Origin: a virus
Taxonomy: Duplodnaviria > Caudoviricetes
Direction: 5' to 3' (one strand)
Length of the DNA stretch: 64,000 nt
IMG/VR virus record: IMGVR_UViG_3300033075_001328
Span: 1 to 64,000 of that record
Of the stretch, positions 17,979-27,106 are shown in pieces. A program made the position numbers and the translations under genes. Under the pieces are notes generated by a model, which ran no database searches, had not been told where the DNA came from, and was given only the letters and a program-made list of their open reading frames with translations. Position 1 is the first letter of the stretch. Each line of letters begins with the position of its first letter.

Positions 17979-18305
17979 TCAATTTACCTGCAACTCCCCA
18001 AGCGAATCAACCAGCTTTTGAAGGTTGGCTTTTAGCTTATCCGTACTCAGCCCGTATTGCTCCGCTATATCCAAGCCCTTACAGGTACGGTCTATATGCT
18101 CCATTATACCCTTCCATTTAAGCCTATTCGCCTTGTTGTTAGCCCTACGTGCGCGGAGTTGTGATTTAGCGATAATAGCTACCTCATTCAGCTTCATACG
18201 GGCAAGTATTATCTGCTCGCTAGGTAACGCTTTCTCTACAATATCAGTAATGCCTTCCGCTATGCTTAGTGCTTGCCCGATGTAGTCTATGGGGTTTTGT
18301 TTCAT
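17979..18305 (-). CDS. hypothetical protein, possible lysis accessory
   Basis: Coupled to endolysin stop. Confidence 0.5.
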   Translation of the reverse strand: MKQNPIDYIGQALSIAEGITDIVEKALPSEQIILARMKLNEVAIIAKSQLRARRANNKANRLKWKGIMEHIDRTCKGLDIAEQYGLSTDKLKANLQKLVDSLGELQVN

Positions 18306-18736
18306 AGGTGAGCGTATTCGGTTTTAGCATCAAAACAGGGACATTTTTTTGTCCACTCGTTAGGCGTTATCTTACCATCCCTGTTAAGGTCGGGGCTTAA
18401 ATCACGATGCCCTAAAATAATTGCATTAGGGAAGTCCTGTTTTAGGTCTTTCAATATTCTAAGTAATGCCCCCTTTTGTATATCTGTACGCGTATCCGTG
18501 CCATTCCAGCCTCCTTTATAGCAAATATGTATAGAGTTAGCATTATGCCCCGCAACTCCGTTAGAAGGCTGCGAAATAGGTGTAAGGTTTTCAACCGTAC
18601 CGTCCCCACTAATAAGGTAGTGATAGCCATTGTTTCGCCACCCTAATTTAGTTTTCCAATAGTTGATAATATCAGAAGTTTTCTGTTGTGCGCTCGCGGC
18701 TGTGCAATGAATTACGATATAATGAATGTTTCTCAT
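18302..18736 (-). CDS. endolysin, N-acetylmuramoyl-L-alanine amidase (Amidase_2, T7-lysozyme-like)
   Basis: IVIHCTA, GYHYLI, NGVAGHNANSIHICYKGG, ILGHRD, KKCPCF; start moved to ATG 18736. Confidence 0.93.
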   Translation of the reverse strand: MRNIHYIVIHCTAASAQQKTSDIINYWKTKLGWRNNGYHYLISGDGTVENLTPISQPSNGVAGHNANSIHICYKGGWNGTDTRTDIQKGALLRILKDLKQDFPNAIILGHRDLSPDLNRDGKITPNEWTKKCPCFDAKTEYAHL

Positions 18737-18807
18737 TCTGCAATATAGTTTATTCAGTCTTCTTTGGCAAAAATAAAGCCCCAACAATTAGTCAGGGCTT
18801 ATGGTTA

Positions 18808-19050
18808 TTAATTCGATTCTGCTAAGTCATTCATTAACTTAGCCTGTTCTTTTAGTTCACTTGGTGCCAATGGTCGTATCTCAAATGTTCCGTTCTCTTG
18901 AAACTCAATCGTACACCAACTGGACTGGTGTCCTAATGTTTCGGTAAAGCGCTTTACCATTTTGTCGCGTACATCAAATGATGTTTTGGGAGCAACGATT
19001 ATTACAGGCTGATTATCCTCTGCAATGTCAATTTGGATTTTACTTTCCAT
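18808..19050 (-). CDS. hypothetical protein
   Basis: 80-aa ORF followed by a terminator-like hairpin near 18777-18801. Confidence 0.55.
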   Translation of the reverse strand: MESKIQIDIAEDNQPVIIVAPKTSFDVRDKMVKRFTETLGHQSSWCTIEFQENGTFEIRPLAPSELKEQAKLMNDLAESN

Positions 19051-19123
19051 GTTTATTGTTTTAGTCTGTGGCGGAATTGCTCAACAGCTATGTAAATCTA
19101 CGAAAATAAATTGAGTGCAAAAA

Positions 19124-19154
19124 TTTGGAAGTACCGAAAATCATTCTACCTTTG
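19124..19154 (+). promoter_or_regulatory. Bacteroidota sigma-70 promoter
   Basis: TTTG-N19-TACCTTTG. Confidence 0.85.
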
Positions 19155-19158
19155 TGGC

Positions 19159-19258
19159 ACTATCCACCAATGAAAATATATAAACATATCCCGTCATCGA
19201 ATTGCCCTTGTGTTATCTAACACAGGTGGATAGTCTTTTCGATGTACGGGTATTTTTA
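19159..19258 (+). promoter_or_regulatory. structured leader with terminator-like hairpin and 10-nt internal complement
   Basis: ACTATCCACC (19159-68) complements GGTGGATAGT (19225-34) inside the CCCGT-CATCGAA/TTCGATG-ACGGG stem plus T-tract. Confidence 0.6.
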
Positions 19259-19260
19259 TA

Positions 19261-19749
19261 ATGAAGCAAATTTTACCGAAGATACCAATAGGAACTAAAT
19301 TCCATTTTCTTGAAGTTATTTCAGATGAAATAAGGGTTCGTAAAAAAGGCTGCCTTATATATTATCATGATTGCATTTGCGAGTGTGGGAAAATAAGGAA
19401 TGTTTTAACCTCAAATATAAGGAAAGGCATTGTGAAGTCTTGTGGATGTAAAACGAAAAGAAATAAGCATCGATTGCACCCTTTGTATTCACCCTATTTA
19501 TGTATGATAAGTAGGTGTAAGTTTGTTCACCATAAAAATTATGGTGGGCGAGGCATAAAGGTTTGTCAAAGATGGATTGATAGTTTTGAAAACTTTTTGA
19601 GTGATATGGGAGAAAAGCCTTCAAGCAAGCATAGCCTTGACAGGATAAATAACGATGGCGATTACGAGCCAAGCAATTGCAGGTGGGCGACAGCAAAAGA
19701 ACAGTCGCAAAACAAAAGACCATCTGTTAGAAAATCAAAAAGACAATAG
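19261..19749 (+). CDS. HNH homing endonuclease
   Basis: [57 protein letters not shown]. Confidence 0.92.
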   Translation: MKQILPKIPIGTKFHFLEVISDEIRVRKKGCLIYYHDCICECGKIRNVLTSNIRKGIVKSCGCKTKRNKHRLHPLYSPYLCMISRCKFVHHKNYGGRGIKVCQRWIDSFENFLSDMGEKPSSKHSLDRINNDGDYEPSNCRWATAKEQSQNKRPSVRKSKRQ

Positions 19750-19808
19750 ACGCTTTAATAAAAAGCAATCAATTAGCTATTAACCATTAACCAACCCTCG
19801 CGAGAGAT

Positions 19809-20171
19809 ATGAAACAACTTAAAGACTACCTGCACTTGTATGTTGGATGTGAGGTTTTAGATTTAAAAAAAGACGAAACTGCTAGGCTTATTGCTGTTGT
19901 AGATAGGTTTCAAAACAGAAGTGCCCAAGTTGAGTACAAAGAGTATACAGCATTTAAGTACATAGAAGAAATCAAGCCAATACTTCGCAGGATAGAGGAT
20001 GTTACGGAATCAGAGGGTATCATATTACACAATATAGAAATGTCGTTCCATGAAGGTTTTGAAAATGAGATTACTTATGCCGCTGTAACTCATAAAATGC
20101 TATCATGGGGAATTGACCTATTCGGCTTGATAGATGCAGGGCTAGCGATTGACCGTAACACTTTAACCTAA
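19809..20171 (+). CDS. hypothetical phage protein
   Basis: KDYLHLYVGCEV..IKPILR..IDLFGLIDAGLAID. Confidence 0.65.
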   Translation: MKQLKDYLHLYVGCEVLDLKKDETARLIAVVDRFQNRSAQVEYKEYTAFKYIEEIKPILRRIEDVTESEGIILHNIEMSFHEGFENEITYAAVTHKMLSWGIDLFGLIDAGLAIDRNTLT

Positions 20172-20195
20172 CCGCGCAAGCATAAATAGAAGGAT

Positions 20196-20345
20196 ATGCA
20201 CACAGGAGAATCAGACTACGAAGATGATGATGAATATGGTCTTTATCACGAGTGCCCATGTTTCGGAAGGACTTATGATGAGATTGATTTCGAGTATCAA
20301 ATATGCCACCATTGCAATCATAATGCAAGTGAACCGATTAACTAA
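20196..20345 (+). CDS. 49-aa acidic Cys-motif protein (missing from ORF track)
   Basis: ATG 20196 to TAA 20345; CPCFGRTYDEIDFEYQICHHC. Confidence 0.55.
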   Translation: MHTGESDYEDDDEYGLYHECPCFGRTYDEIDFEYQICHHCNHNASEPIN

Positions 20346-20372
20346 CCAAAACGCAGCATTGCTGAATGAAAG

Positions 20373-20819
20373 ATGAATAGAACGATAAAATTTAGAGCAA
20401 AACGCAAAGGCGCACCGCACGAATGGCTGATAGGTGATTTAGCACACATAGAAGATAAGGTGTACATTTTTGACAGGGGTAATAATGCACCTTTAAATAG
20501 CCCCGATTGGTACGAGGTAATACATGAAACTGTTGGGCAATTTATTGGGTTGGCAGACAATAACGGTAAGGAGATTTATGAGGGGGATATAGCAATTCTT
20601 ACAAGACACTCAAGTTTACCTCATGCCGATAATAAGCCTCGAATTGGAATTATTGAATATGCCAAACACATGGCGTCTTTTATTTTCAAATATACAGACG
20701 GTGAACGAGCAAGAAGATTTGCAAACTTCTCTGCTACTATAGGATTTGAAGATGAGACAAGAGATGAACGATTTGAAATAATAGGCAATATCCACGATAA
20801 CCGCGAACTACTCAAGTAA
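20373..20819 (+). CDS. YopX-family protein
   Basis: RTIKFRAK..WLIGDL..ETVGQFIGLADNNGKEIYEGDI..EIIGNIHDNRELL. Confidence 0.9.
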   Translation: MNRTIKFRAKRKGAPHEWLIGDLAHIEDKVYIFDRGNNAPLNSPDWYEVIHETVGQFIGLADNNGKEIYEGDIAILTRHSSLPHADNKPRIGIIEYAKHMASFIFKYTDGERARRFANFSATIGFEDETRDERFEIIGNIHDNRELLK

Positions 20820-20848
20820 CATCAACTCACCAATAAACAAACCGTAAG

Positions 20849-21052
20849 ATGAAAGAACCAAATATTACCATTATAAGCTGCCCTAAATGCAACAGAGCTT
20901 CATTGATTGTAGGAGAAGATGCCATTGATAGAAAGACTAGCAACGAAATGGGGCGTATGGTTGCTAAGGGCTGCAAATCTGAAACAATTACATTAACCGA
21001 ATACAGGGCTAAGGGACAAATGGATATGTGCTTTACTCTGTGTGAAAAATAA
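20849..21052 (+). CDS. hypothetical protein (CxxC)
   Basis: CPKC motif. Confidence 0.5.
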   Translation: MKEPNITIISCPKCNRASLIVGEDAIDRKTSNEMGRMVAKGCKSETITLTEYRAKGQMDMCFTLCEK

Positions 21053-22286
21053 CCATAACATGAAATTCACCACACCAGTATCAATGCCCTGCACCGAGGC
21101 GCAATACAACGAACTGAAACCGCTGCTTGAGGCAATGGGGTATGAGGTAAGAGATGTATTTGGCAATAGAAGAACACACATAAACACTAATGCAACAGAT
21201 ATTGACAGCATTGTAGAATATGGAAGCGATGCTTGTAAGTATGGTCAAATATTATTACCCACCTACAACAAAGACCTATTCCTAGCCATTGCCGCCATGA
21301 CGGACGAGCCGAACGGTATTGCTGGCGAGTGGTGGAAGTGTTTAGGTAGCGAGAAAACGCATTTCAGTAACAATAAACTATACAGGGCTTGTAGAGATAG
21401 AGATAGCGTTTGTAATTATTTCATGGATAACAATAATTACCCTAGTGGTAAGTATGATGCATCCGATAAGTGCTTCACCAAAGCCACGGTAGCCGAGATA
21501 TTTGCGCACTTTGGGGTTAGTTATGGTAAGGAGCAAGCAAAACCGATACAACCCGAAATACCGCAGCCTAAGCCTATGCTACAAATAAAACAAATAGACG
21601 ATAACACGTACAGCATCAACGGCAGAACCTTTAAGCACACGGGCGAGGATGTACGCAGCCCTATGGAACAGAATGTAGCTGAGGTGAAGTACACAAAAGA
21701 CTACTGTTGGAAAAACAGAGTAGCGATAGCCTGCTTAGATGCTATTGAGTGGGAGGCTGCATTAGGATTATACAACTCTAACGTTGCTAAAGAAAACGAA
21801 GATGAATGGCTTGTTTATAGAGAAAAAAGCTGCTTTTCTTTTGACAATGGCGAGTTTGGATTTGGAAGCACTGGCTATTATCGTGGCGCAGGCTACACCA
21901 TCATCCCAGCGGCCACTTTCATTACCCACAACACGCAGCAGCAAGATGAGGTGCTATTCGTAACCGAGGACGGCGTAAGTATAAGGCGCGGCGATAATAT
22001 ATGGTGCATAGATAATGAATGTAGCAAGCCTTGGGAATGGGTAGATATACCGAAAGATTTAGCAGAATACATAAACCATGATTATAAAGGATTCAAGGCC
22101 TTTAGTACAAGGCAAGCTGCACAGGCACACTTTGATAGCCAAAAGCCCAAAGTACCCACGCTGGCAGAGGATAGCAAATTTGAAATTTCGCTACTTGACC
22201 TAGTAAAGTGCATGACCGATAACGAAGAAGCGCAAGATGTACTTTATGATAAGTTTAAGGCGGTGTTTGAAGCAAATAAAGGATAA
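21042..22286 (+). CDS. modular hypothetical protein (paralogous N-domain to 15449..16444)
   Basis: Shared N-domain followed by different C-terminal modules. Confidence 0.7.
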   Translation: MKNNHNMKFTTPVSMPCTEAQYNELKPLLEAMGYEVRDVFGNRRTHINTNATDIDSIVEYGSDACKYGQILLPTYNKDLFLAIAAMTDEPNGIAGEWWKCLGSEKTHFSNNKLYRACRDRDSVCNYFMDNNNYPSGKYDASDKCFTKATVAEIFAHFGVSYGKEQAKPIQPEIPQPKPMLQIKQIDDNTYSINGRTFKHTGEDVRSPMEQNVAEVKYTKDYCWKNRVAIACLDAIEWEAALGLYNSNVAKENEDEWLVYREKSCFSFDNGEFGFGSTGYYRGAGYTIIPAATFITHNTQQQDEVLFVTEDGVSIRRGDNIWCIDNECSKPWEWVDIPKDLAEYINHDYKGFKAFSTRQAAQAHFDSQKPKVPTLAEDSKFEISLLDLVKCMTDNEEAQDVLYDKFKAVFEANKG

Positions 22287-22289
22287 GCC

Positions 22290-22550
22290 ATGATTCACTA
22301 TTACATCATATTTATATCGTTCATCAGCCCTAGCAATTACGGGGTTGGTATTTATCAAGGCGACACTAAGAATTGTACGCTAACCAAAGTAAATGCCTAT
22401 GAGCCGATGCGAAACACCCTTAAATGGCAATATTCTACTTTCAATGTTGACAGCGTTGCTGAATACAGAACAAAGGAAGAAAGAGATAGTGCCGCGTTTT
22501 TATACTATCTCCATTACAGCAAAGCATACCCATTACTAACACAAAACTGA
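22290..22550 (+). CDS. hypothetical protein
   Basis: Hydrophobic N-terminus. Confidence 0.45.
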   Translation: MIHYYIIFISFISPSNYGVGIYQGDTKNCTLTKVNAYEPMRNTLKWQYSTFNVDSVAEYRTKEERDSAAFLYYLHYSKAYPLLTQN

Positions 22551-22645
22551 CAGATATGAAAAGATAACCACAAACAGACGCGCTCCGATGTATATTTTAC
22601 TAATGGTATAGTTTAAATATAATCATCGGGCAAAAGCAGTCGACG

Positions 22646-22671
22646 GCAGTCCTAGTAAGGGCTGCTTTTTT
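22646..22671 (+). terminator. intrinsic terminator
   Basis: GCAGTCC/GGGCTGC stem plus T6. Confidence 0.7.
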
Positions 22672-22714
22672 ATTTCATCCCAAACAATAAGCAAATTAGG
22701 ATTCATTAGCACAC

Positions 22715-22742
22715 AAAAAAGGCGCGGAAACCACGCCGCGCC
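22715..22742 (-). terminator. intrinsic terminator of late transcript
   Basis: GGCGCGG/CCGCGCC stem plus T6 on minus strand. Confidence 0.75.
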
Positions 22743-22780
22743 TAACCCTAAACCATGTATGAATAACCAAAAAAGAAGCC

Positions 22781-23080
22781 TTATCTTTTAAATCGTTTAC
22801 GCATCTTATCCCTAAAATAGAACCACGCACTTTCGCATAAAGTTAAGAATAATTCAAGCAGCTTTTTACCTGCCATGCCTAGAAATCCACCTCCGATAGA
22901 TACTATTACAAACTTAGCAATCTGCCCTAATGGAGTAGCGAACCAAACAATGATAGGGTTATCGCTAGTGATAGCTAGCATTGTTCCCGTAACGCCACAA
23001 GAAAATGCGAACATATCATCTAAGTGGCGTATAAAAAGGTCTGTCAAGGTCATATCCTTACTTTCAACAAATTTAATCAT
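22781..23080 (-). CDS. holin-like membrane protein
   Basis: Two hydrophobic segments, basic C-terminus. Confidence 0.55.
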   Translation of the reverse strand: MIKFVESKDMTLTDLFIRHLDDMFAFSCGVTGTMLAITSDNPIIVWFATPLGQIAKFVIVSIGGGFLGMAGKKLLELFLTLCESAWFYFRDKMRKRFKR

Positions 23081-23106
23081 AACTTATACGTTAGCGTTAC
23101 CTAGTG

Positions 23107-23514
23107 TTATTTTTTTCTCCACAGTAAATCTAACTCCGTTTTAATTGCTAGAAGCCTGTTTTTTATCATAGTAAAAAAGCCTGCCCCTTCTAATATTGCA
23201 GCTACCAATCCGCCTAACAAATCATAGTAGTCTTGATAGTAGATTTGGTGTGGGTCTAAAAAGAACTCTTTGTTTAAAGATAGCAAATATATTACTGCTA
23301 TAAACGCACAAAGCGGTTTGGCATACCTATTTTCCACAAGTGCATATATCCCCCACCATATTAACGAGAAAGCAAATAGCTCCCACTTGTGGAACTGGTC
23401 GTCATTAATGCAATAGCCGAACCATTTGCAAGTCCACTCCCATTGATATATGGCAAGGTGAATTACAAACGATGCGGCTATTAATACTGCTGCTATGTAT
23501 TTACTTAGTTGCAT
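23107..23514 (-). CDS. multi-pass membrane protein
   Basis: About four hydrophobic segments. Confidence 0.6.
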   Translation of the reverse strand: MQLSKYIAAVLIAASFVIHLAIYQWEWTCKWFGYCINDDQFHKWELFAFSLIWWGIYALVENRYAKPLCAFIAVIYLLSLNKEFFLDPHQIYYQDYYDLLGGLVAAILEGAGFFTMIKNRLLAIKTELDLLWRKK

Positions 23515-23804
23515 GGGGGGCGCGAGCCAACTGGGCGCAACAGCGAATATACGTTACCGCTGGCATCATTTATAGTCAAGTAGCTATCAACTTCAAAATC
23601 CACCTCTGCGGCAGATGTTATGGTTAACTGCACATTGCTGCCGTTCTTGCTATCAACATCACTATCCAGTAGATATACGCCGCCAAACTTAAAGTTTTGG
23701 TCTGTTGCTGGTGTCCACGTAGCGTTAGTGCTATGGGTTTTGATAAATGTAAATCCGCGCCAATTGATAATGTCTTTGGCAGTAGTGCCGCTTGGGAATT
23801 TCAT
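23505..23804 (-). CDS. hypothetical protein
   Basis: Overlaps downstream start. Confidence 0.55.
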   Translation of the reverse strand: MKFPSGTTAKDIINWRGFTFIKTHSTNATWTPATDQNFKFGGVYLLDSDVDSKNGSNVQLTITSAAEVDFEVDSYLTINDASGNVYSLLRPVGSRPPCN

Positions 23805-23823
23805 TGTATAGTTGTTTTATTGG

Positions 23824-24042
23824 TTACTTTTCAGTTTCTTCAAAAAAGTTTGTTATTGCCTTTGCAAATATACCAGCCGCACTAAGCCCAAAATTAACCC
23901 ATAACCTTGCATTATCGGTCAATGGTAACGTTAGTGTCAATGGCTGTAAGCCTAAGCTAAGGAAAAGCAATGAATCGCCTAACTTACGCATACCTTTAGG
24001 TGTAGGCGCATAGTATTTTTTGATGTTTAATTTCGTTGCCAT
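23824..24042 (-). CDS. holin-like small membrane protein
   Basis: YYAPTPKGMRKLGDSLL plus two hydrophobic helices. Confidence 0.6.
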   Translation of the reverse strand: MATKLNIKKYYAPTPKGMRKLGDSLLFLSLGLQPLTLTLPLTDNARLWVNFGLSAAGIFAKAITNFFEETEK

Positions 24043-24168
24043 ATCTTATCTATTTTCTATGTACTCAATAAGTGCCTCTACCAAGTGCTTTATGTTCGGG
24101 TCGGCTTCGTTGATGCAAAGTTTCTCAAATATTATTTTTTCTAGCTCCTCTTTCATGGTATTGCTGTT

Positions 24169-26172
24169 TTATCTTGCCTTATGTAGCCTGTGAATTACTA
24201 GCCTGTAGTCGTATATATCTACGCTGTCGGATGTTTTTAGCTTGATTTTGCCAGTATTAGCCGCCCATGTATCTAGTGTGTAAACACTTGTGCTTATACT
24301 TACAAATTGCTCTACATTGTTACCCTTAGCTAGCGTATAAGTACGCGGATATACCAAGCCTACAGCCCCGTCTATGTCAATGGCAACATCTATATAAGTT
24401 GTGTTAGGGGTATTAGGTCGGGCCTTAAATTCGATATTGACACTATATGCGTCACCTACCAAGCCTATTATACCTGTATCTGCGCGGCTATACATGCTAT
24501 CCATGTCGCAAGGCATTTGAGGTGTCAATATAGTGCCGCAATGGTTTACAAGGGTCGTCCAGTTGGTAGCTGTAAACACTAATGGGCTTGCGCTGGTATA
24601 TAAGCCATCTACATAGCTAGCCCAACCTGTAGCGCAGTTATTGCCTATATAGGTACTATCGGCAGGGTTGAATGTAATAGCGTTGTTGATAGAAATTGGC
24701 AAGTTGCTGTTTATGTCATATCTGCCGCTATCTGCATTGTAAATAATGCCTAGTGTATCGCCGCCTGTGGCTATGCGGTATGAATTGGCTGTAACTACGC
24801 CCTGTGCATTAATCTGCGATAATAGCTGCCCATTCTTTATAACCTGTACGCCGTTGGTTGTATCTAGGCGAAGAAATGTGCCTACTGCCGTATCGCCAGT
24901 ATTATAATTAGGTGTATTAACTTCTAATTGTATAACATCCTTGCCATAATATGCACCGCTATGGTTTGCGTTGCTACTATCGCAAAATTGACTCATTCGA
25001 ATAAAGTCCCTGTTAGGCTCATTCTGAAAATATCTACCTTCTATTCTAGCTAAGTCAACAAAGTTTCCGAAAGCATCAGTATAACCTATATAAATATTCG
25101 AATAACCCTCTTTTGAAGTCGTATCATAAATAGCAGCAAAACCCATCTCCTTACCAGTTAAACTATCTTGCAAGTTAATTGTGGCCGTTTTTTGTGCGCC
25201 CGTTGGGTTGCTACCTATCCTGCCTATAAATCCATCATAGCTAGTAGCATTGGCATATTTTTTAGATTCTGAAAATATTGTTTCTGAAGAAATGGTAGTA
25301 AAATTTTGAGCATATTGCTCGTAACCTCCACCTTGACTAATTAAGCTATAGTCAGATGTAAATACACGTGTTGTATCAGATGTTAAATCAATACGCCTAG
25401 CGGCTTCAACGTCAACAATGGCAGCAGACTCAAAGCTAATATTGCCCGTAGCCTGTAAAAGCGCATTGCCCGTTATCGGATTTAAATACAACCTTGTACT
25501 TGGCGTACCTGTCAAATCCTCATAGCCAATAGTTATGTTTATACTATCCTGCCCAAATGCGGCGGTATTTCTCATGCCTATTACAGCATTAAGTGTTGGG
25601 CTTATACTTTTATAAAAACCAACCGTAGGCAGCGAGAAACCAAATACCGTATCAAAGCCATTGATAAACGTAGCATAGCTACTAGGCTGCTTGAATGTGT
25701 AACCTATACCGCTTACTGTTGTGCCACTATTCAAACTACCCCCCAACTTCACCGTGCCGCCGCTTTCCGTCAAGCCGTTGGCGAAGGTGTAGGTAGTGCC
25801 AACAGGTACAGTCCATGCCGAACCGTTCCATGTATTTACCTCATTGGTAGTTGTATTATAAAACTGAGTACCCTTATGCCCCGCTCCAAAGCTGTTATTG
25901 GTACTTAGCGCGTTCATCTGCGTAGTAGTACCCTTTGGCAACATCAAACCCGCCGTATCGCTCAACAAAGCAAACCTAACACCCCTAGGCAAAGTGCCCT
26001 TACCAACCTGCGCATTGTTGGCAATGATTTGGCTGCCGCACACGTATTGAGAAGTAGAAGTATATCCAAATCCCGAAGGCACTGTATCACCGCCAATCGA
26101 ACACACCCTAACCGTTTGGGCATAGCCAAAGCAGCCCGCCATTAAAAATAAGAAGGTGAAAATGTTTTTCAT
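24169..26172 (-). CDS. fibre/receptor-binding-like protein with N-terminal signal peptide
   Basis: Start moved to ATG 26172 (MKNIFTFLFLMAGCFGYA-Q); LPKGTTTQMNAL..FYNTTTN..WNGSAW, NGLTESGGTVKLGG fibre motifs; C-terminal beta domain ending HRLHKAR. Confidence 0.6.
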   Translation of the reverse strand: MKNIFTFLFLMAGCFGYAQTVRVCSIGGDTVPSGFGYTSTSQYVCGSQIIANNAQVGKGTLPRGVRFALLSDTAGLMLPKGTTTQMNALSTNNSFGAGHKGTQFYNTTTNEVNTWNGSAWTVPVGTTYTFANGLTESGGTVKLGGSLNSGTTVSGIGYTFKQPSSYATFINGFDTVFGFSLPTVGFYKSISPTLNAVIGMRNTAAFGQDSINITIGYEDLTGTPSTRLYLNPITGNALLQATGNISFESAAIVDVEAARRIDLTSDTTRVFTSDYSLISQGGGYEQYAQNFTTISSETIFSESKKYANATSYDGFIGRIGSNPTGAQKTATINLQDSLTGKEMGFAAIYDTTSKEGYSNIYIGYTDAFGNFVDLARIEGRYFQNEPNRDFIRMSQFCDSSNANHSGAYYGKDVIQLEVNTPNYNTGDTAVGTFLRLDTTNGVQVIKNGQLLSQINAQGVVTANSYRIATGGDTLGIIYNADSGRYDINSNLPISINNAITFNPADSTYIGNNCATGWASYVDGLYTSASPLVFTATNWTTLVNHCGTILTPQMPCDMDSMYSRADTGIIGLVGDAYSVNIEFKARPNTPNTTYIDVAIDIDGAVGLVYPRTYTLAKGNNVEQFVSISTSVYTLDTWAANTGKIKLKTSDSVDIYDYRLVIHRLHKAR

Positions 26173-26269
26173 TTGTATTGTTTTGTTTAAGGATGCGAAT
26201 ATCCGACAATAAACAAAGTTTGGCAAGATATTCAACATAACTATTTCATTATCATATTATTATATGATA

Positions 26270-26563
26270 CTAAGAGAATGTCGCTACCACGAAATCGCCA
26301 TCGGATATTATAACCCCTGCGTCAATGCTCAAAGTAGTTCCATCCCATGAAGCAAGGGTGTTTATCAGTCCATCGTTTAGGCTAATCATCTGCAAGCCCA
26401 AAGCCGCAGCATCAGCCAATTCGGGTACATCCGCAGCCGTGTAGTCGTTCTGCCCTGACGTAGTCGCAAAAGAAACCGTAATCGTGTTGCCAGTACCGCC
26501 GCCGCCACCTGTGCCACCAAATGCTACTGCTCCGTTTATCCCTGTACCATTGCCTGCCAACAT
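26270..26563 (-). CDS. putative structural protein
   Basis: Gly-rich linker, beta-rich. Confidence 0.5.
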   Translation of the reverse strand: MLAGNGTGINGAVAFGGTGGGGGTGNTITVSFATTSGQNDYTAADVPELADAAALGLQMISLNDGLINTLASWDGTTLSIDAGVIISDGDFVVATFS

Positions 26564-26566
26564 ATC

Positions 26567-27037
26567 TTATTCGTTTTCGGTAATTAGAAAATCTGTACCC
26601 GAAGCATCTATGTAAACCGCCTCTAAGCAGTCCGCCTCTACAGGGTATTGCACGGTTTGGATAAGGCTTTCTCCATTTAGCAGGTTAACCCCATTTACCG
26701 TTCCTGTTGCGCCGCCGTCATTCAATATGCTGTAGTTTATTAGCGTTCCGCTTACCTTGTCAAATGCTGCACTGCTCGCCCCCGTCATTGACCTATCTAG
26801 CAATAGGTGCGTCTGCTCTACTGCAACTACTCGCGCCAATGGCGGTGTAGCACTTGGAACATATATCCAAGCTGTGCCTTGTAAGCCTGTTTCGGTATCA
26901 GTAAATATCGCTTTAAGCTGTGCCTCTGTGCCCGAATAGTCAAGCACGGTATCTTTAACCGCGTTGGTTGTTACGTCCCCTGCTTGGGTAACGCCTGCGG
27001 GAACTGTCCCTGCTCCTGTTGAACGCCTAATTGTCAT
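26567..27037 (-). CDS. putative structural protein
   Basis: Thr/Gly/Ala-rich beta protein; start moved to ATG 27037. Confidence 0.55.
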   Translation of the reverse strand: MTIRRSTGAGTVPAGVTQAGDVTTNAVKDTVLDYSGTEAQLKAIFTDTETGLQGTAWIYVPSATPPLARVVAVEQTHLLLDRSMTGASSAAFDKVSGTLINYSILNDGGATGTVNGVNLLNGESLIQTVQYPVEADCLEAVYIDASGTDFLITENE

Positions 27038-27106
27038 TGCTTTAGGTTTTGACAAAAATAGCAATTTTCAATTAAAGTAACACTTTAAGTAAAATGCTAT
27101 AGTTAA

